Positions 48,472 to 58,377 of a stretch of DNA of 64,000 nucleotides are shown here, piece by piece. A model generated the notes under the pieces. That model searched no databases and had not been told where the DNA came from. It was given only the letters and a program-made list of their open reading frames with translations. The position numbers and the translations under genes are program-made. This stretch comes from Cyanobacteriota bacterium. GTDB taxonomy: Bacteria; Cyanobacteriota; Cyanobacteriia; Cyanobacteriales; Nostocaceae. The number at the start of each line of letters is the position of its first letter. The first letter of the stretch is position 1. Location: the NCBI GenBank assembly GCA_046045965.1, contig JBJOKS010000022.1:1-64000 (forward strand), read 5' to 3'.

Positions 48472-48939
48472 TTTACATATTACTTAGGGTAACATTTATA
48501 CAAGATTAAATATCTTACCCTAGTAATAATATTGAACAAAAATTTTATCCTACCAAAACTTAAACAAGTTTTTATATTAACTTGATATTATCTTTATTTT
48601 TGCAAATTTTTTCTATGTTAAGCTGACCTGCATTACTAGAAACAAAGTACCAAAATTCTTGGAGGTAATATCTTCAAGGTAAAAAGTCAGTTGATGCAAT
48701 TGGTAGGTGATTTGAAATACAAGATAATTTTCCCTGGTCAATTGACATCTAAAACCGCATCTACTCCAGTTTTTTGGTACTTAAACAGGGGCATTTTCTC
48801 AACTTGTGAGCAGTCCAAATAGCTAATGCTCATCAAGTATGAAACACATATCAACATTTTTAGCAGAATGTCTTGAATGATTTAGTAGCTGAAATATCAA
48901 AATTCCATTCACTTTTGCAAAACTATTGAGGGTTAACAG

Positions 48940-49620
48940 ATGGTTCTTACTTTTAGGAAAACAATTCGTGATATTGTATTCAGTAATCGCCAACTAGCAA
49001 AATTGTACTACTCAGTGAGCTTGAGTCAGCCTGTTTTACCACACTGGGTTGGTAATGATTACTACCGCACAAAATCCTCATGGGAATTACAACCGCACCT
49101 CTGTCCATGTGATTTGGAATTAATCGAATATTTGCAAAAGTATAATATTCAAGATCAGACAGTATTTCATTTTGGTACAGGGTCTCATCACATTTTAGGA
49201 TTAGAAAATCAGAAACTTGATAAACCCAATGAAATTATTGGTATTACTGCTTCTATTCCTGAACATGAAGCTTATGTTCAGATGTGTCGTAAAAATCGCC
49301 AATTGGCTAAATTTTACAAGGTACTTTGTACAGATATCTACACTTTAACAGATCGTTCTTTACCGATGTTAGATGTGGCTGCACTCTTTCATATTGGTGA
49401 ATTTTATATGGCTGAAGACGCTCCCTTTGTGCATCATAATGATGAATCAATGGTTGATCTATTTCTCAGAAAATTGAATCCTCACGGGAAAATACTGTTC
49501 TATACACAGTCTGTAGGTTATGCTAAAGCTGAAGAAATCATTGAATCATTTACAGCCCAAGGGAAAATTTATCTAGTTGAAAAATACAAGAGTCTTTTGG
49601 TTTATGCTAAGAGTAAGTAA
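48940..49620 (+). CDS. Hypothetical protein, possible SAM-methyltransferase fold
   Basis: VFHFGTG resembles motif I; LNPHGKILF resembles the LkpgG motif; GAGG RBS. Confidence 0.6.
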   Translation: MVLTFRKTIRDIVFSNRQLAKLYYSVSLSQPVLPHWVGNDYYRTKSSWELQPHLCPCDLELIEYLQKYNIQDQTVFHFGTGSHHILGLENQKLDKPNEIIGITASIPEHEAYVQMCRKNRQLAKFYKVLCTDIYTLTDRSLPMLDVAALFHIGEFYMAEDAPFVHHNDESMVDLFLRKLNPHGKILFYTQSVGYAKAEEIIESFTAQGKIYLVEKYKSLLVYAKSK

Positions 49621-49692
49621 GTTGAATCAAGCCGTGATGTGATATTAATTTGGAGTATGTAGGCATTCAGTTTATATTTGAATGCTTACATT

Positions 49693-49953
49693 TCAATATC
49701 CAAAGCGTTGATTTAATGGGTGTGCTGCTCGATCTTTCATTACTTCTTCTAGCATAGCGTCTACTGACTCAGGATCATCAGCAAATAATCCCAGTAAACG
49801 GTCCTTTGCTGGTTCTGCTACTGCTAGTTTATCAATTGCATAAGCAACCAACTGTGAAAAGTCTAAATTGTGGGACTTTGCCAAAGTAAGGGCTTTTTCC
49901 AGGGTTTTTTGGTCGAGTTGTAGTTCTATTTTTTCTACGTCACATTTTACCAT
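49693..49953 (-). CDS. Small antitoxin-like protein
   Basis: IELQLD...LEKA..LA...S.LV..AI (RHH-like) plus D.LLGLFAD tail. Confidence 0.5.
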   Translation of the reverse strand: MVKCDVEKIELQLDQKTLEKALTLAKSHNLDFSQLVAYAIDKLAVAEPAKDRLLGLFADDPESVDAMLEEVMKDRAAHPLNQRFGY

Positions 49954-50233
49954 GAGCTAAACCCTCCAGTGCAGATGTAAAGGCTTCTATACTAACCATT
50001 TTAGACTGAGTAAGTGCAACCTCAGCAGATTGACCTAAAACCATATCTTCTAATTCATTCAGCCGATGAATTAATTGTTGGTAGCTTTGGGCTGAGATAA
50101 TTACATGACTAGGGCGTGATTGTTTGGTGAGTAGAACTGGCTCAGTAGTGGCTTTGTCAAAAACTTCTCCGTGTTGATTGCGAGCATCTGTGAAAGTGTA
50201 GGTTTGTATAGCAATTTTGACTAATTTCGACAT
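49940..50233 (-). CDS. Phd/YefM family antitoxin (start uncertain)
   Basis: YTFTDARNQHGEVFDKA..EPVLLTKQSRPSHVIISA..Y..L. Confidence 0.8.
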   Translation of the reverse strand: MSKLVKIAIQTYTFTDARNQHGEVFDKATTEPVLLTKQSRPSHVIISAQSYQQLIHRLNELEDMVLGQSAEVALTQSKMVSIEAFTSALEGLAHGKM

Positions 50234-50321
50234 TTTGGCTATATTTATTTTAGCAGATGCGATCGCATAACTATAGTCAATGTAGAGATGCAAGTATTAT
50301 TTCATCAATGGGCTGCTAACT

Positions 50322-51515
50322 TTAATTTATCCAAAACACCCCCACCTTATCCACCTTTTCCCAAGGTAATTCTATATCACTCCTACCCACATGACCATAA
50401 GCAGCAAGCTGACGATAAAAACCACCTTTAGTTAATGAAGGTAAAAACCTTAAATTAAATTGTTTAATAATTCCTGCTAACCGAAAATCAAAATGTTTCT
50501 CTAAAATTGCCGTTATTTCCTCATCAGAAATCTTCCCAGTTCCAAAAGTTTCTACCTGCACACTTACAGGTCGAGAAAGTCCAATAGAATAACTTAACTG
50601 CACTTCGCATTCATCAGCTAATTTAGCAGCAACAACATTTTTAGCAGCATATCTGGCAGCATAAGCCCCAATTCTATCTATTCTCACAGGGTCTTTACCA
50701 CTTAACGCCGAACCGCTATGTTTAGAATATTCACCATAGGTATCAATAGCGTTTTTTCTACCTGTTAAACCTGCATGAGTAGTAGGACCACCAATAATAA
50801 ATCTGCCATCAGGATTAATAAATATTCTAGTTTTAGCATCAGGTTTAATTGCTTCATTTGCAAACACAGGAGCAATCACAGTTTCACGAATATCATCACG
50901 TAATTGCTGTAAATCAGGTTTTGCAGATTGATTTTGACTAGCAATAACTGTAATACTGTGAATTCTATAAGGTCTACGATTTTTATATTCAACACCTACC
51001 TGAGTTTTACCATCTGGTGTCAGATAGGGGAGGATTTTTTGCTTTCTCACCTCACTAATTTGTCGAGCTAATTTATGTGCTAACCAAATGGGTAAAGGCA
51101 TAAAATTATAAGTTTGATTGCAAGCAAAACCAAAAACCGTAGCTTGATTAGTAACAGTAATTTTCTCTATTTCCGCATCAGATAAAATTTTTTCATCAAA
51201 TAAATGATGTTCTTCAGGAGGCAATTCTGTTAAACTAGTTAAAATACTGCAATTTTTACCATTGAATTCCGTTTTGTGATAACCAACTTGTTCAATTACC
51301 TGCCTAGCAATATTTGTAAAATCCACATTAGCACTAGGTTCAAATCTAGCAGCAATAAAAACAATTCCTGTAGACACAGCACATTCTGTAATAATTCTCG
51401 CGTAGGGATCTTGTTGTAAAAACCTATCTACAATAGCATCACTAATCTGATCACAAAGCTTATCAGGATGCCCTTCCGTAACAGATTCCGACGTAAACAT
51501 AAAATCCTTTTTCAT
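50322..51515 (-). CDS. metK: Divergent S-adenosylmethionine synthetase paralogue
   Basis: FTSESVTEGHPDK, PDGKTQV, GLTGRK..DTYG, SGKD, AAYGH.GR; real start is MKKDF at 51515. Confidence 0.88.
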   Translation of the reverse strand: MKKDFMFTSESVTEGHPDKLCDQISDAIVDRFLQQDPYARIITECAVSTGIVFIAARFEPSANVDFTNIARQVIEQVGYHKTEFNGKNCSILTSLTELPPEEHHLFDEKILSDAEIEKITVTNQATVFGFACNQTYNFMPLPIWLAHKLARQISEVRKQKILPYLTPDGKTQVGVEYKNRRPYRIHSITVIASQNQSAKPDLQQLRDDIRETVIAPVFANEAIKPDAKTRIFINPDGRFIIGGPTTHAGLTGRKNAIDTYGEYSKHSGSALSGKDPVRIDRIGAYAARYAAKNVVAAKLADECEVQLSYSIGLSRPVSVQVETFGTGKISDEEITAILEKHFDFRLAGIIKQFNLRFLPSLTKGGFYRQLAAYGHVGRSDIELPWEKVDKVGVFWIN

Positions 51516-51532
51516 AGAAAAATCCTCTCTTT

Positions 51533-51560
51533 TCTCTGCGTTCTCTGCGCCTCTGCGGTT
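51533..51560. repeat. (CTCTGCG)-type short dispersed repeat
   Basis: tctctgcgttctctgcgcctctgcggtt; same family as the insert in ileS and similar to 11111-11138. Confidence 0.65.
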
Positions 51561-51576
51561 CGTTACCATCATGATT

Positions 51577-54546
51577 TTAATTGATTTTTTTACTCCCTTC
51601 ATTAACCAAAAGTGGCAACAAAGCACCACCAGCAATAACAGCAGCATCTCCTATATTCAATTGTGCAATCTTCAACAAACCCCGTAATTGTGGCACAGTT
51701 AAAGCTAAAATTTGAATACCAAAAGAACCAACAACAGCAGTATTTAAATAAGGATTAGATGGTAATTTTTCTTTACTAAAAATACTGTGTTTTTCAGAAC
51801 GACTGCTAATAGTATGTAGTAATTGCCCTGATGTTAAAGTCATAAAAGCTAAGGTACTAGATTTAGGACTAATTCCATATTTAAAAATACCGTAACCATA
51901 AGCAGCTAAGGTACTAATAGATATGGCAGCAGATTCAAACACAATTCTGCCGAAATCGGTATTTTTAATAATTTGTTCATTAGGGTTACGAGGAGGTTGA
52001 TTTAATACGTCTGGTTCTGGTGCTTCCATAGCTAAAGAAAGTCCAGGGAAAATATCAGTTACTAAGTTCAACCATAGCAGTTGAATTGCGTTTAAAGGTT
52101 CACCAATACCCACTGCGGTAGCGGTTGTCATCACCATAATTTCACTGAGATTTGTAGCTAGGAGAAAATGCACAGATTTTCTGATATTGTTGTAAATTGT
52201 TCTGCCTCTACTAACCGCAATCATCATTGTTTCTAATCTGTCATCTTCCAGCACGATATCAGCAACTTCACGGGCAACATCTGTACCTTCTTTACCCATT
52301 GCTACACCGACTTGGGCAGCTTTTAATGCTGGTGCGTCATTAATACCATCACCGGTCATAGAGACAACTTTACCCGATGTCTGCAATGCTTGGACAATTT
52401 GTAGCTTATTACTAGGACTAATGCGGGCAAAAACGTCAACTTTGTCGCTGAGTGCTGCTAATGCTTCGGGTGTGAGATTATTGAGGTTATTAGAGTCGAG
52501 AATTTCTAATTGAGGATGTCGATTTAATTCTAACTCTTTTGCGATCGCATAAGCTGTAGGAGTTTGATCACCAGTAATCATTACCGTATCAATTCCCGCT
52601 TGATGAAAGTCTGCAATTAATTCTTTTGCACCTTTTCTAATTGGATCAGCCATCCCCACCAAACCCAACCAAATTAAATCTGATTCATGATTATTGTTAT
52701 TTTCTACTTCCTCAATATAACCATAAGCTACACCCAAAACTCTTAACGCTTTTCCTGCCAAACGATCATTTTCTATTTCCATCTTTTGCCTATCTTCTGC
52801 TGTCAAAGGTACAACTTCACCGTTGTTGATCCACCGATGACAAATTTGTAAAACTTCCGCAGGATTTCCTTTAACTGCAACCATTTGATGACAATTATGA
52901 GTTGAATGAATTGTACTCATGAGGTTGCGATTTTCTGACCGCAAATTAGTTTGCAATAAAGGATATTTTTCTTTCAATGCCATCACATCTACACCCGCAC
53001 TAATCGCTGTGTAAATCAAAGAATTTTCTGTGGCCGAACCTGTAACTTGATATTCACCATCATGGTTTTGACTAACTTCACTTTCATTACAAAGCACTGC
53101 CACGTGAATTAATTTTAATAATTCATTATAGGTATAGGGATTAATAGATTTTTCCTCTACAATAAATTCACCATCAGTTACTTGAATGTGTTTACTGTCG
53201 GTGACAATTTCCACTACAGACATTTTATTTTCTGTGAGTGTCCCGGTTTTATCTAAGCAAATTGTTTGCACAGAACCCAAGGCTTCAACTGCATTTAAAC
53301 TGCGGACAAGAACGTGATTTTTTCGCATATCACGAATGCCTAAAGCTAGGGTTGTGGTGGCAATTGTTGGTAAACCTTCGGGTACTGCTGCGACTGCTAA
53401 AGAGATAGAAGATTGCAAAATTGCTAATAAATTATATCCTCGTAATATTCCCAAACCAAAGACTAAACCACATAATCCCATGCTAATTAAAACCAGTTGG
53501 CTACCCACTTGATCTAATTGTTTAGCAAGGGGAGTTTGGGTTGTTGTTGCTTCACTTACTAATTGCTGAATCTTGCCCATTTCGGTAAATTTGCCTGTAG
53601 CAACTACCGCAGCTATTCCCTGTCCATTAATTACTAATGTACCTTTATAAATCATATTGATGCGATCAGCTAAAGGCACATCTTCAGCATTTAAAGAAGT
53701 AGTAATTTTAGTAACGGGAACACTTTCCCCAGTTAAAGCAGATTCATCAATACTTAAATTTTCAGCTTCAACAATTCTCGCATCTGCGGCAATATAGCTA
53801 CCAGGTTTAAGGACTAAAATATCTCCTAATACTACATTTTCTGTAGGTATTTCTTGTAAGTTACTATCTCTAATTACCCAGGTTGATTTTTCTGAGCGAT
53901 TTTTTAGGGAATTAATAATGCGTTCTGACTGACTTTCTGTAAGATAACCAATGGCAGCATTTAAACCAACTACACCCAAAATTACTACAGCGTCAATAAT
54001 TCCCCCAGTGAAAATAGAAATTCCCGCAGCAACACCTAATAAAGCAACTGGTAATGATTTAAACTGCTCAACTAACATACTGATTTCTGAGCGTTTTACT
54101 GTTGCTGATAATAGATTTTTACCATATTTATTGAGGTGTTTATTGGCAGTTTCACTAGATAATCCTGAAATGTTAGAAGTATTTAATGATTGCAGAACAT
54201 TATCCGCTGTCCTTAAATGCCAGTTTTCGGTTTTTTGTTCTTGTTTGGGTACAGTAAATTTATCTTTTTTGGGAATTTTAGCTAATACTTTCACATCATA
54301 AAATCCAGCCTTATCTTTATAATCTGATAAAGCTTGATCAATGAGATATGCAATTTTTTTATAGCTAACATCCGGTTGAAAAGTTACCAGAATATTACTG
54401 GTTAACACATTAGCAGCAACAGAAAATATTTCTGGGTAACTGGCAAGCGATCGCTCCAAATATATCTTTAATGACTGCGAACGATAAAGTTCATCAATTT
54501 TATATCTAGCTCTCCCTTTGACACTGTTGTGTATTATTTGAATCAC
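51577..54546 (-). CDS. Cation-transporting P-type ATPase (P2-like) with HMA-like N-terminus
   Basis: TGES, PEGL, DKTGT, MITGD, GDGIND. Confidence 0.95.
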   Translation of the reverse strand: MIQIIHNSVKGRARYKIDELYRSQSLKIYLERSLASYPEIFSVAANVLTSNILVTFQPDVSYKKIAYLIDQALSDYKDKAGFYDVKVLAKIPKKDKFTVPKQEQKTENWHLRTADNVLQSLNTSNISGLSSETANKHLNKYGKNLLSATVKRSEISMLVEQFKSLPVALLGVAAGISIFTGGIIDAVVILGVVGLNAAIGYLTESQSERIINSLKNRSEKSTWVIRDSNLQEIPTENVVLGDILVLKPGSYIAADARIVEAENLSIDESALTGESVPVTKITTSLNAEDVPLADRINMIYKGTLVINGQGIAAVVATGKFTEMGKIQQLVSEATTTQTPLAKQLDQVGSQLVLISMGLCGLVFGLGILRGYNLLAILQSSISLAVAAVPEGLPTIATTTLALGIRDMRKNHVLVRSLNAVEALGSVQTICLDKTGTLTENKMSVVEIVTDSKHIQVTDGEFIVEEKSINPYTYNELLKLIHVAVLCNESEVSQNHDGEYQVTGSATENSLIYTAISAGVDVMALKEKYPLLQTNLRSENRNLMSTIHSTHNCHQMVAVKGNPAEVLQICHRWINNGEVVPLTAEDRQKMEIENDRLAGKALRVLGVAYGYIEEVENNNNHESDLIWLGLVGMADPIRKGAKELIADFHQAGIDTVMITGDQTPTAYAIAKELELNRHPQLEILDSNNLNNLTPEALAALSDKVDVFARISPSNKLQIVQALQTSGKVVSMTGDGINDAPALKAAQVGVAMGKEGTDVAREVADIVLEDDRLETMMIAVSRGRTIYNNIRKSVHFLLATNLSEIMVMTTATAVGIGEPLNAIQLLWLNLVTDIFPGLSLAMEAPEPDVLNQPPRNPNEQIIKNTDFGRIVFESAAISISTLAAYGYGIFKYGISPKSSTLAFMTLTSGQLLHTISSRSEKHSIFSKEKLPSNPYLNTAVVGSFGIQILALTVPQLRGLLKIAQLNIGDAAVIAGGALLPLLVNEGSKKIN

Positions 54547-55090
54547 TACTTTGTTGCTCCTGAAATTCCATTGAAACAGTATTAATTGATAAATTCGTTA
54601 ATTGAGTTTCATCCTCAAAATTCAATCTGGTAAAAATATCAAAAGCATACCAAGCCAATATATACCAAGGTATTTCTTCTAATTCAAATCCTTTTCTTAA
54701 CAATTGTCGCAGCGAAAGTAAACCTATTGCTAAAGGTAATATTACTCGTAAATCAGCAACACCATTTGTCATTCTCCCCACATCTGCATTAAGATCAGAT
54801 ACTACATTTATAAAATCTTTTGCTGCTTCTGTTTTACCATTGGTGAACCGGTTTGAATAAGTTCTAGATTTCCAACTTTCTGGTTTTTCCTTTCTAGCAT
54901 CTGCGGTTGCTTTTTCCACAGTTTCGCCCATTTCTGCAACTGCATCCTTGACCCTTTCTGATAAAAGAATACTATCTTTAATAGTATTTTGGACTACAGG
55001 TTGTTTCATAGCTGACGCAATAGGTAAAATCACAGGTGAGAAGACTATTGCTGTCAACCCTTCAAAAATAGTGTCTAATGTAGATGCCAT
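54506..55090 (-). CDS. DUF5132-like membrane-associated protein
   Basis: PVILP...P+....IK..I.L.E..K..+AE.GE N-terminus; GGAGG RBS; overlaps the ATPase start. Confidence 0.6.
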   Translation of the reverse strand: MASTLDTIFEGLTAIVFSPVILPIASAMKQPVVQNTIKDSILLSERVKDAVAEMGETVEKATADARKEKPESWKSRTYSNRFTNGKTEAAKDFINVVSDLNADVGRMTNGVADLRVILPLAIGLLSLRQLLRKGFELEEIPWYILAWYAFDIFTRLNFEDETQLTNLSINTVSMEFQEQQSSDSNNTQQCQRES

Positions 55091-55366
55091 TTTTTAACCT
55101 CCATTGTGAGTAAGTTATCTAAGTCAATCAATATAAAAGTGTAATTAAAATTATAACTATTTCCATCATCCTAAAGTCAGAGAAGTATTGGTAAGCAAAT
55201 AGCAAAATTAAAGCTTATTTTCCTCTAAAATTATTACTTTAGTAATACACTAGATGGCTTGGTGACTCACATAAGAATTACACCTCTAGACTCATGTAAT
55301 AGAAACATAAAAACCTTAATACTAAAAAGGATATTCAATAACTATGACTTACATAAAAATAGTTCC

Positions 55367-55828
55367 ATGACAAATTCAGAAAACCCAAATCAACAAATTC
55401 AAACATTGCGTACACTGATTCAAGATGTTGACTCTGCAATGTTAACCACAGTCGATGATGATGGTAGTTTGCATAGTCGTCCTATGTCTATTTTTAGCGA
55501 CATTGACACAGATGGTAGACTTTGGTTTTTTACCTTTGCGAATTCCCATAAAGTATTAGAAATTGAACGTCGTCAACAAGTAAATGTGAGTTTTTCTTCA
55601 CCTGATCAACAGCGATATGTTTCCATATCCGGTACAGCAGAACTCGTCAGAGATAGAAATAAATTACAAGAAAAATGGCAACAAAAATTACAAACTTGGT
55701 TTCATCATGGAGTAGATGATCCGAATATTGCTTTGTTGAAGGTGAATATAAACAAAGCAGATTATTGGGAAAGTCCATCAAGTTTTACACCACAAACAAT
55801 TAGTTTATTAGAACTTTCACACCGTTAA
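55367..55828 (+). CDS. Pyridoxamine 5'-phosphate oxidase-like general stress protein
   Basis: AMLTT..DG.LHSRPM, LWFFT, YVSISG.AE, WF..G.DDP.I.LL. Confidence 0.88.
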   Translation: MTNSENPNQQIQTLRTLIQDVDSAMLTTVDDDGSLHSRPMSIFSDIDTDGRLWFFTFANSHKVLEIERRQQVNVSFSSPDQQRYVSISGTAELVRDRNKLQEKWQQKLQTWFHHGVDDPNIALLKVNINKADYWESPSSFTPQTISLLELSHR

Positions 55829-55894
55829 ACTTTAATTTTTCCTAGCCCCTTTTTACCCCTTTTTAAGGGGTATCTCCATGCAAATTAAAATTGA

Positions 55895-56107
55895 TCAGCT
55901 TCTAACTTCTCTTTGACTTTGGGAATGAGTTTTTTCAATATATCCCATTAAGCTTTCCGCCATTTCTACAGACGCAATAATTAATTGCTGTTCCATATTT
56001 CCAGAACCTCCCTCATCACTAACTTGGGGGTAAATATGAGGATTAGATAGCATCGCAGCCAATAATTGAGATGCAGTCTTTTTCAATTCATCAACTTGTG
56101 TATTCAT
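55895..56107 (-). CDS. Small hypothetical protein
   Basis: ATG 4 nt after the upstream stop; A.QLLAAMLSNPHIY. Confidence 0.65.
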   Translation of the reverse strand: MNTQVDELKKTASQLLAAMLSNPHIYPQVSDEGGSGNMEQQLIIASVEMAESLMGYIEKTHSQSQREVRS

Positions 56108-56111
56108 TTAT

Positions 56112-56741
56112 CTATTCCTGCCAATCTAAAGGCGGTTCAATCATAGTTTCTGATGATTTACCAGCACGAACACCGGGTTTATCAACGATTTTTACAGAGC
56201 TTGCTTGGGGTCCTTCTTCACCTTCTTCTTGAGAAAAATGCACACCCGTACCAATTTCTAAACGGTCAAAATCATTATGTAAAACGCTATTGTGATGGAA
56301 ATATATTTCCCTACCATCTAAAGTTTTTAGGAAACCATAGCCATCTTCTCGAAATATTTTAGTGACAAAACCTGTACTTTCTTGTACTTCTTCATATCGG
56401 TGAGCTACTTCACTTGCACGTTGCATTTGCGTAAGTTTAGCTAACTGCTGACGCATAGCATCAAAGGTGTCTCTAATGACTGCATCTAGCGGTTGATATT
56501 GAATACCCTCACCAGGATTTTTTTCCGCTGCTAGTTCATGTCCTGGGGGAACAGTCAGATCAATTCTCACCCGGTAAGGAGAACCACTGCTGGGACGGTC
56601 ATGAATTTTTTCAATAGCGATATGACAGCTATTGATGTAGTTACAAATATTTTCCAGCTTGGCGATTTTTTCGTGAACTAAAGTATCAATTGCATCTGAT
56701 TTTTCTAGATTACGATAGGTGATTTCTGGTTGTATTTTCAT
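56112..56741 (-). CDS. HPF/RaiA ribosome-associated domain fused to a cold-shock domain
   Basis: ITYRN...S.AI...KI.KLE; YGFL...DGREIYFH..SV...F..L..G..V.F..E.G..GPQA. Confidence 0.9.
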   Translation of the reverse strand: MKIQPEITYRNLEKSDAIDTLVHEKIAKLENICNYINSCHIAIEKIHDRPSSGSPYRVRIDLTVPPGHELAAEKNPGEGIQYQPLDAVIRDTFDAMRQQLAKLTQMQRASEVAHRYEEVQESTGFVTKIFREDGYGFLKTLDGREIYFHHNSVLHNDFDRLEIGTGVHFSQEEGEEGPQASSVKIVDKPGVRAGKSSETMIEPPLDWQE

Positions 56742-56976
56742 GCTTTTATAGTCCAAATAGCCAATCTAAATATTTACTTGTTACAAATGCCTTGGTTCTA
56801 TATTCCATCTAAGTTTATCTTACATTCATTAAACAATTTTAAACAAAAAAATAATGATTTTCCTCTCACTCAGGGTAAGAGATTTTTACTTTAAGTATCT
56901 ACCTTGAGGATGAGTTGACCAGGCAATTATTAAGTATTATATTTAAAATGAACTTTGTTGTTATAGAAAACTTAAA

Positions 56977-58272
56977 TTGAATGCAGATTTAATCAGTAGC
57001 ATAATATGGCTAAGTGGCTGCCTTATCCTAGTTTTATTTGTACTTGCTTTATTCGTCCTTTATTTAAGGATTTCTTGGTATAAGAAAATCAAGTACAGAA
57101 TGACAGATGTTCCTAACTTTGAGGAACCTCATTTTTTTCCAGCAATGATGAGCGTGTCAAATTCACTCATTACTTCTGGTGATCCAGCAAAATTTTGGTT
57201 TGATATTGATGCTATTTATACAGCTAGACTAGAGGCAATTAAATGCGCCCAAAAAACAATTCATTTTGAAACATTTTACATGACTCCTGGGCAGCGGGCT
57301 GATGAATTTGCTAGGGCGTTAATTGAGCGATCGCAAACAGGTGTAGAAGTCCTCTTTATTGCCGATAGCGTGGGGGTAAACTCAATTTCTACCAACTATT
57401 GGCAACGGTTAAAAGCTGGAGGTGTAGCAGTCCGATTTTTTCATCAATTTAATTGGCAAACTCCCCTCACTTATAACATCCGCACCCACCGCAAATTATT
57501 ATTAATTGATGGTGAAATTGCTTTTGTTGGCGGTATGGGTGTTTCTGATCATTGGGATGGTATTATGCCTAAAAATATCACCCCCCCTTGGCTAGATTTA
57601 GAGGTTTGCTTTAGTGGGCAAATTGTTGTTACTCTAGAAGGAATTTTTATGCAACATTGGTTGTACGAAGGTGGTGTGGCCAGTCTGAGAGCAGAACTGT
57701 TTAAAACTCAAGTTGTTGGTGGTTTAACTATGTTAGTAACACCTAGTAGTTCACCATCTCCTTTTTCTTCTGTCTGCGCTCTTTTTTCTACAGCTTTCCT
57801 AGCAGCGAAAAACCGCATTTACATTGCTACCCCTTACTTTTTACCTGATAGCAACTCTCGGAGAGCTTTATTAGCAGCAAAACAAAGAGGTGTTGAGATT
57901 CGTATTCTGACAATGGGTGCAAAGAATGATAAAACTTTAGTTTACTATGCAGTCCGTCAAGGTTACGGTGAATTATTAACAGCAGGAATTAAAATATATG
58001 AATATCAGCCCAGCATGATGCACGCCAAAGTTTTGCTCATTGATGATAATTTTGTTAGTACAGGTAGTGCTAACTTAGATCCCCGCAGTATGTTCCATAA
58101 TGATGAATTGAATATTTCTTTATCTGAGTCTAAATTAGCTCAATTTGTACAACAATTCTTTGTTTATGGTTTCTCTCACAGTCATCAGATAAATATGTCA
58201 GAATGGAGAAAGCGCAGTATTTGGCAAAAGTTTTTAGGTAGATTAACTTTGTCTTTTCGTTGGCAATTATAA
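56977..58272 (+). CDS. Cardiolipin synthase / phospholipase D family
   Basis: Two HKD motifs: HRKLLLIDG and HAKVLLIDD..GSANLD. Confidence 0.92.
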   Translation: MNADLISSIIWLSGCLILVLFVLALFVLYLRISWYKKIKYRMTDVPNFEEPHFFPAMMSVSNSLITSGDPAKFWFDIDAIYTARLEAIKCAQKTIHFETFYMTPGQRADEFARALIERSQTGVEVLFIADSVGVNSISTNYWQRLKAGGVAVRFFHQFNWQTPLTYNIRTHRKLLLIDGEIAFVGGMGVSDHWDGIMPKNITPPWLDLEVCFSGQIVVTLEGIFMQHWLYEGGVASLRAELFKTQVVGGLTMLVTPSSSPSPFSSVCALFSTAFLAAKNRIYIATPYFLPDSNSRRALLAAKQRGVEIRILTMGAKNDKTLVYYAVRQGYGELLTAGIKIYEYQPSMMHAKVLLIDDNFVSTGSANLDPRSMFHNDELNISLSESKLAQFVQQFFVYGFSHSHQINMSEWRKRSIWQKFLGRLTLSFRWQL

Positions 58273-58304
58273 AAAGTAATAATTCAGTATTTAAGAGACT
58301 TTCC

Positions 58305-58373
58305 ACCCTATTCCCTATTCCCTATTCCCTATTCCCTATTCCCTGTTCCCTGTTCCCTGTTCCCTGTTCCCTG
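58305..58373. repeat. STRR array (CCTATTC/CCTGTTC)n
   Basis: Visible heptamer array. Confidence 0.9.
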
Positions 58374-58377
58374 ATAT

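Noticed and set aside
51516..51647. 44-aa N-terminal extension of MetK
   Set aside because: Overlaps the ATPase 3' end and a dispersed repeat; the family N-terminus begins at MKKDF
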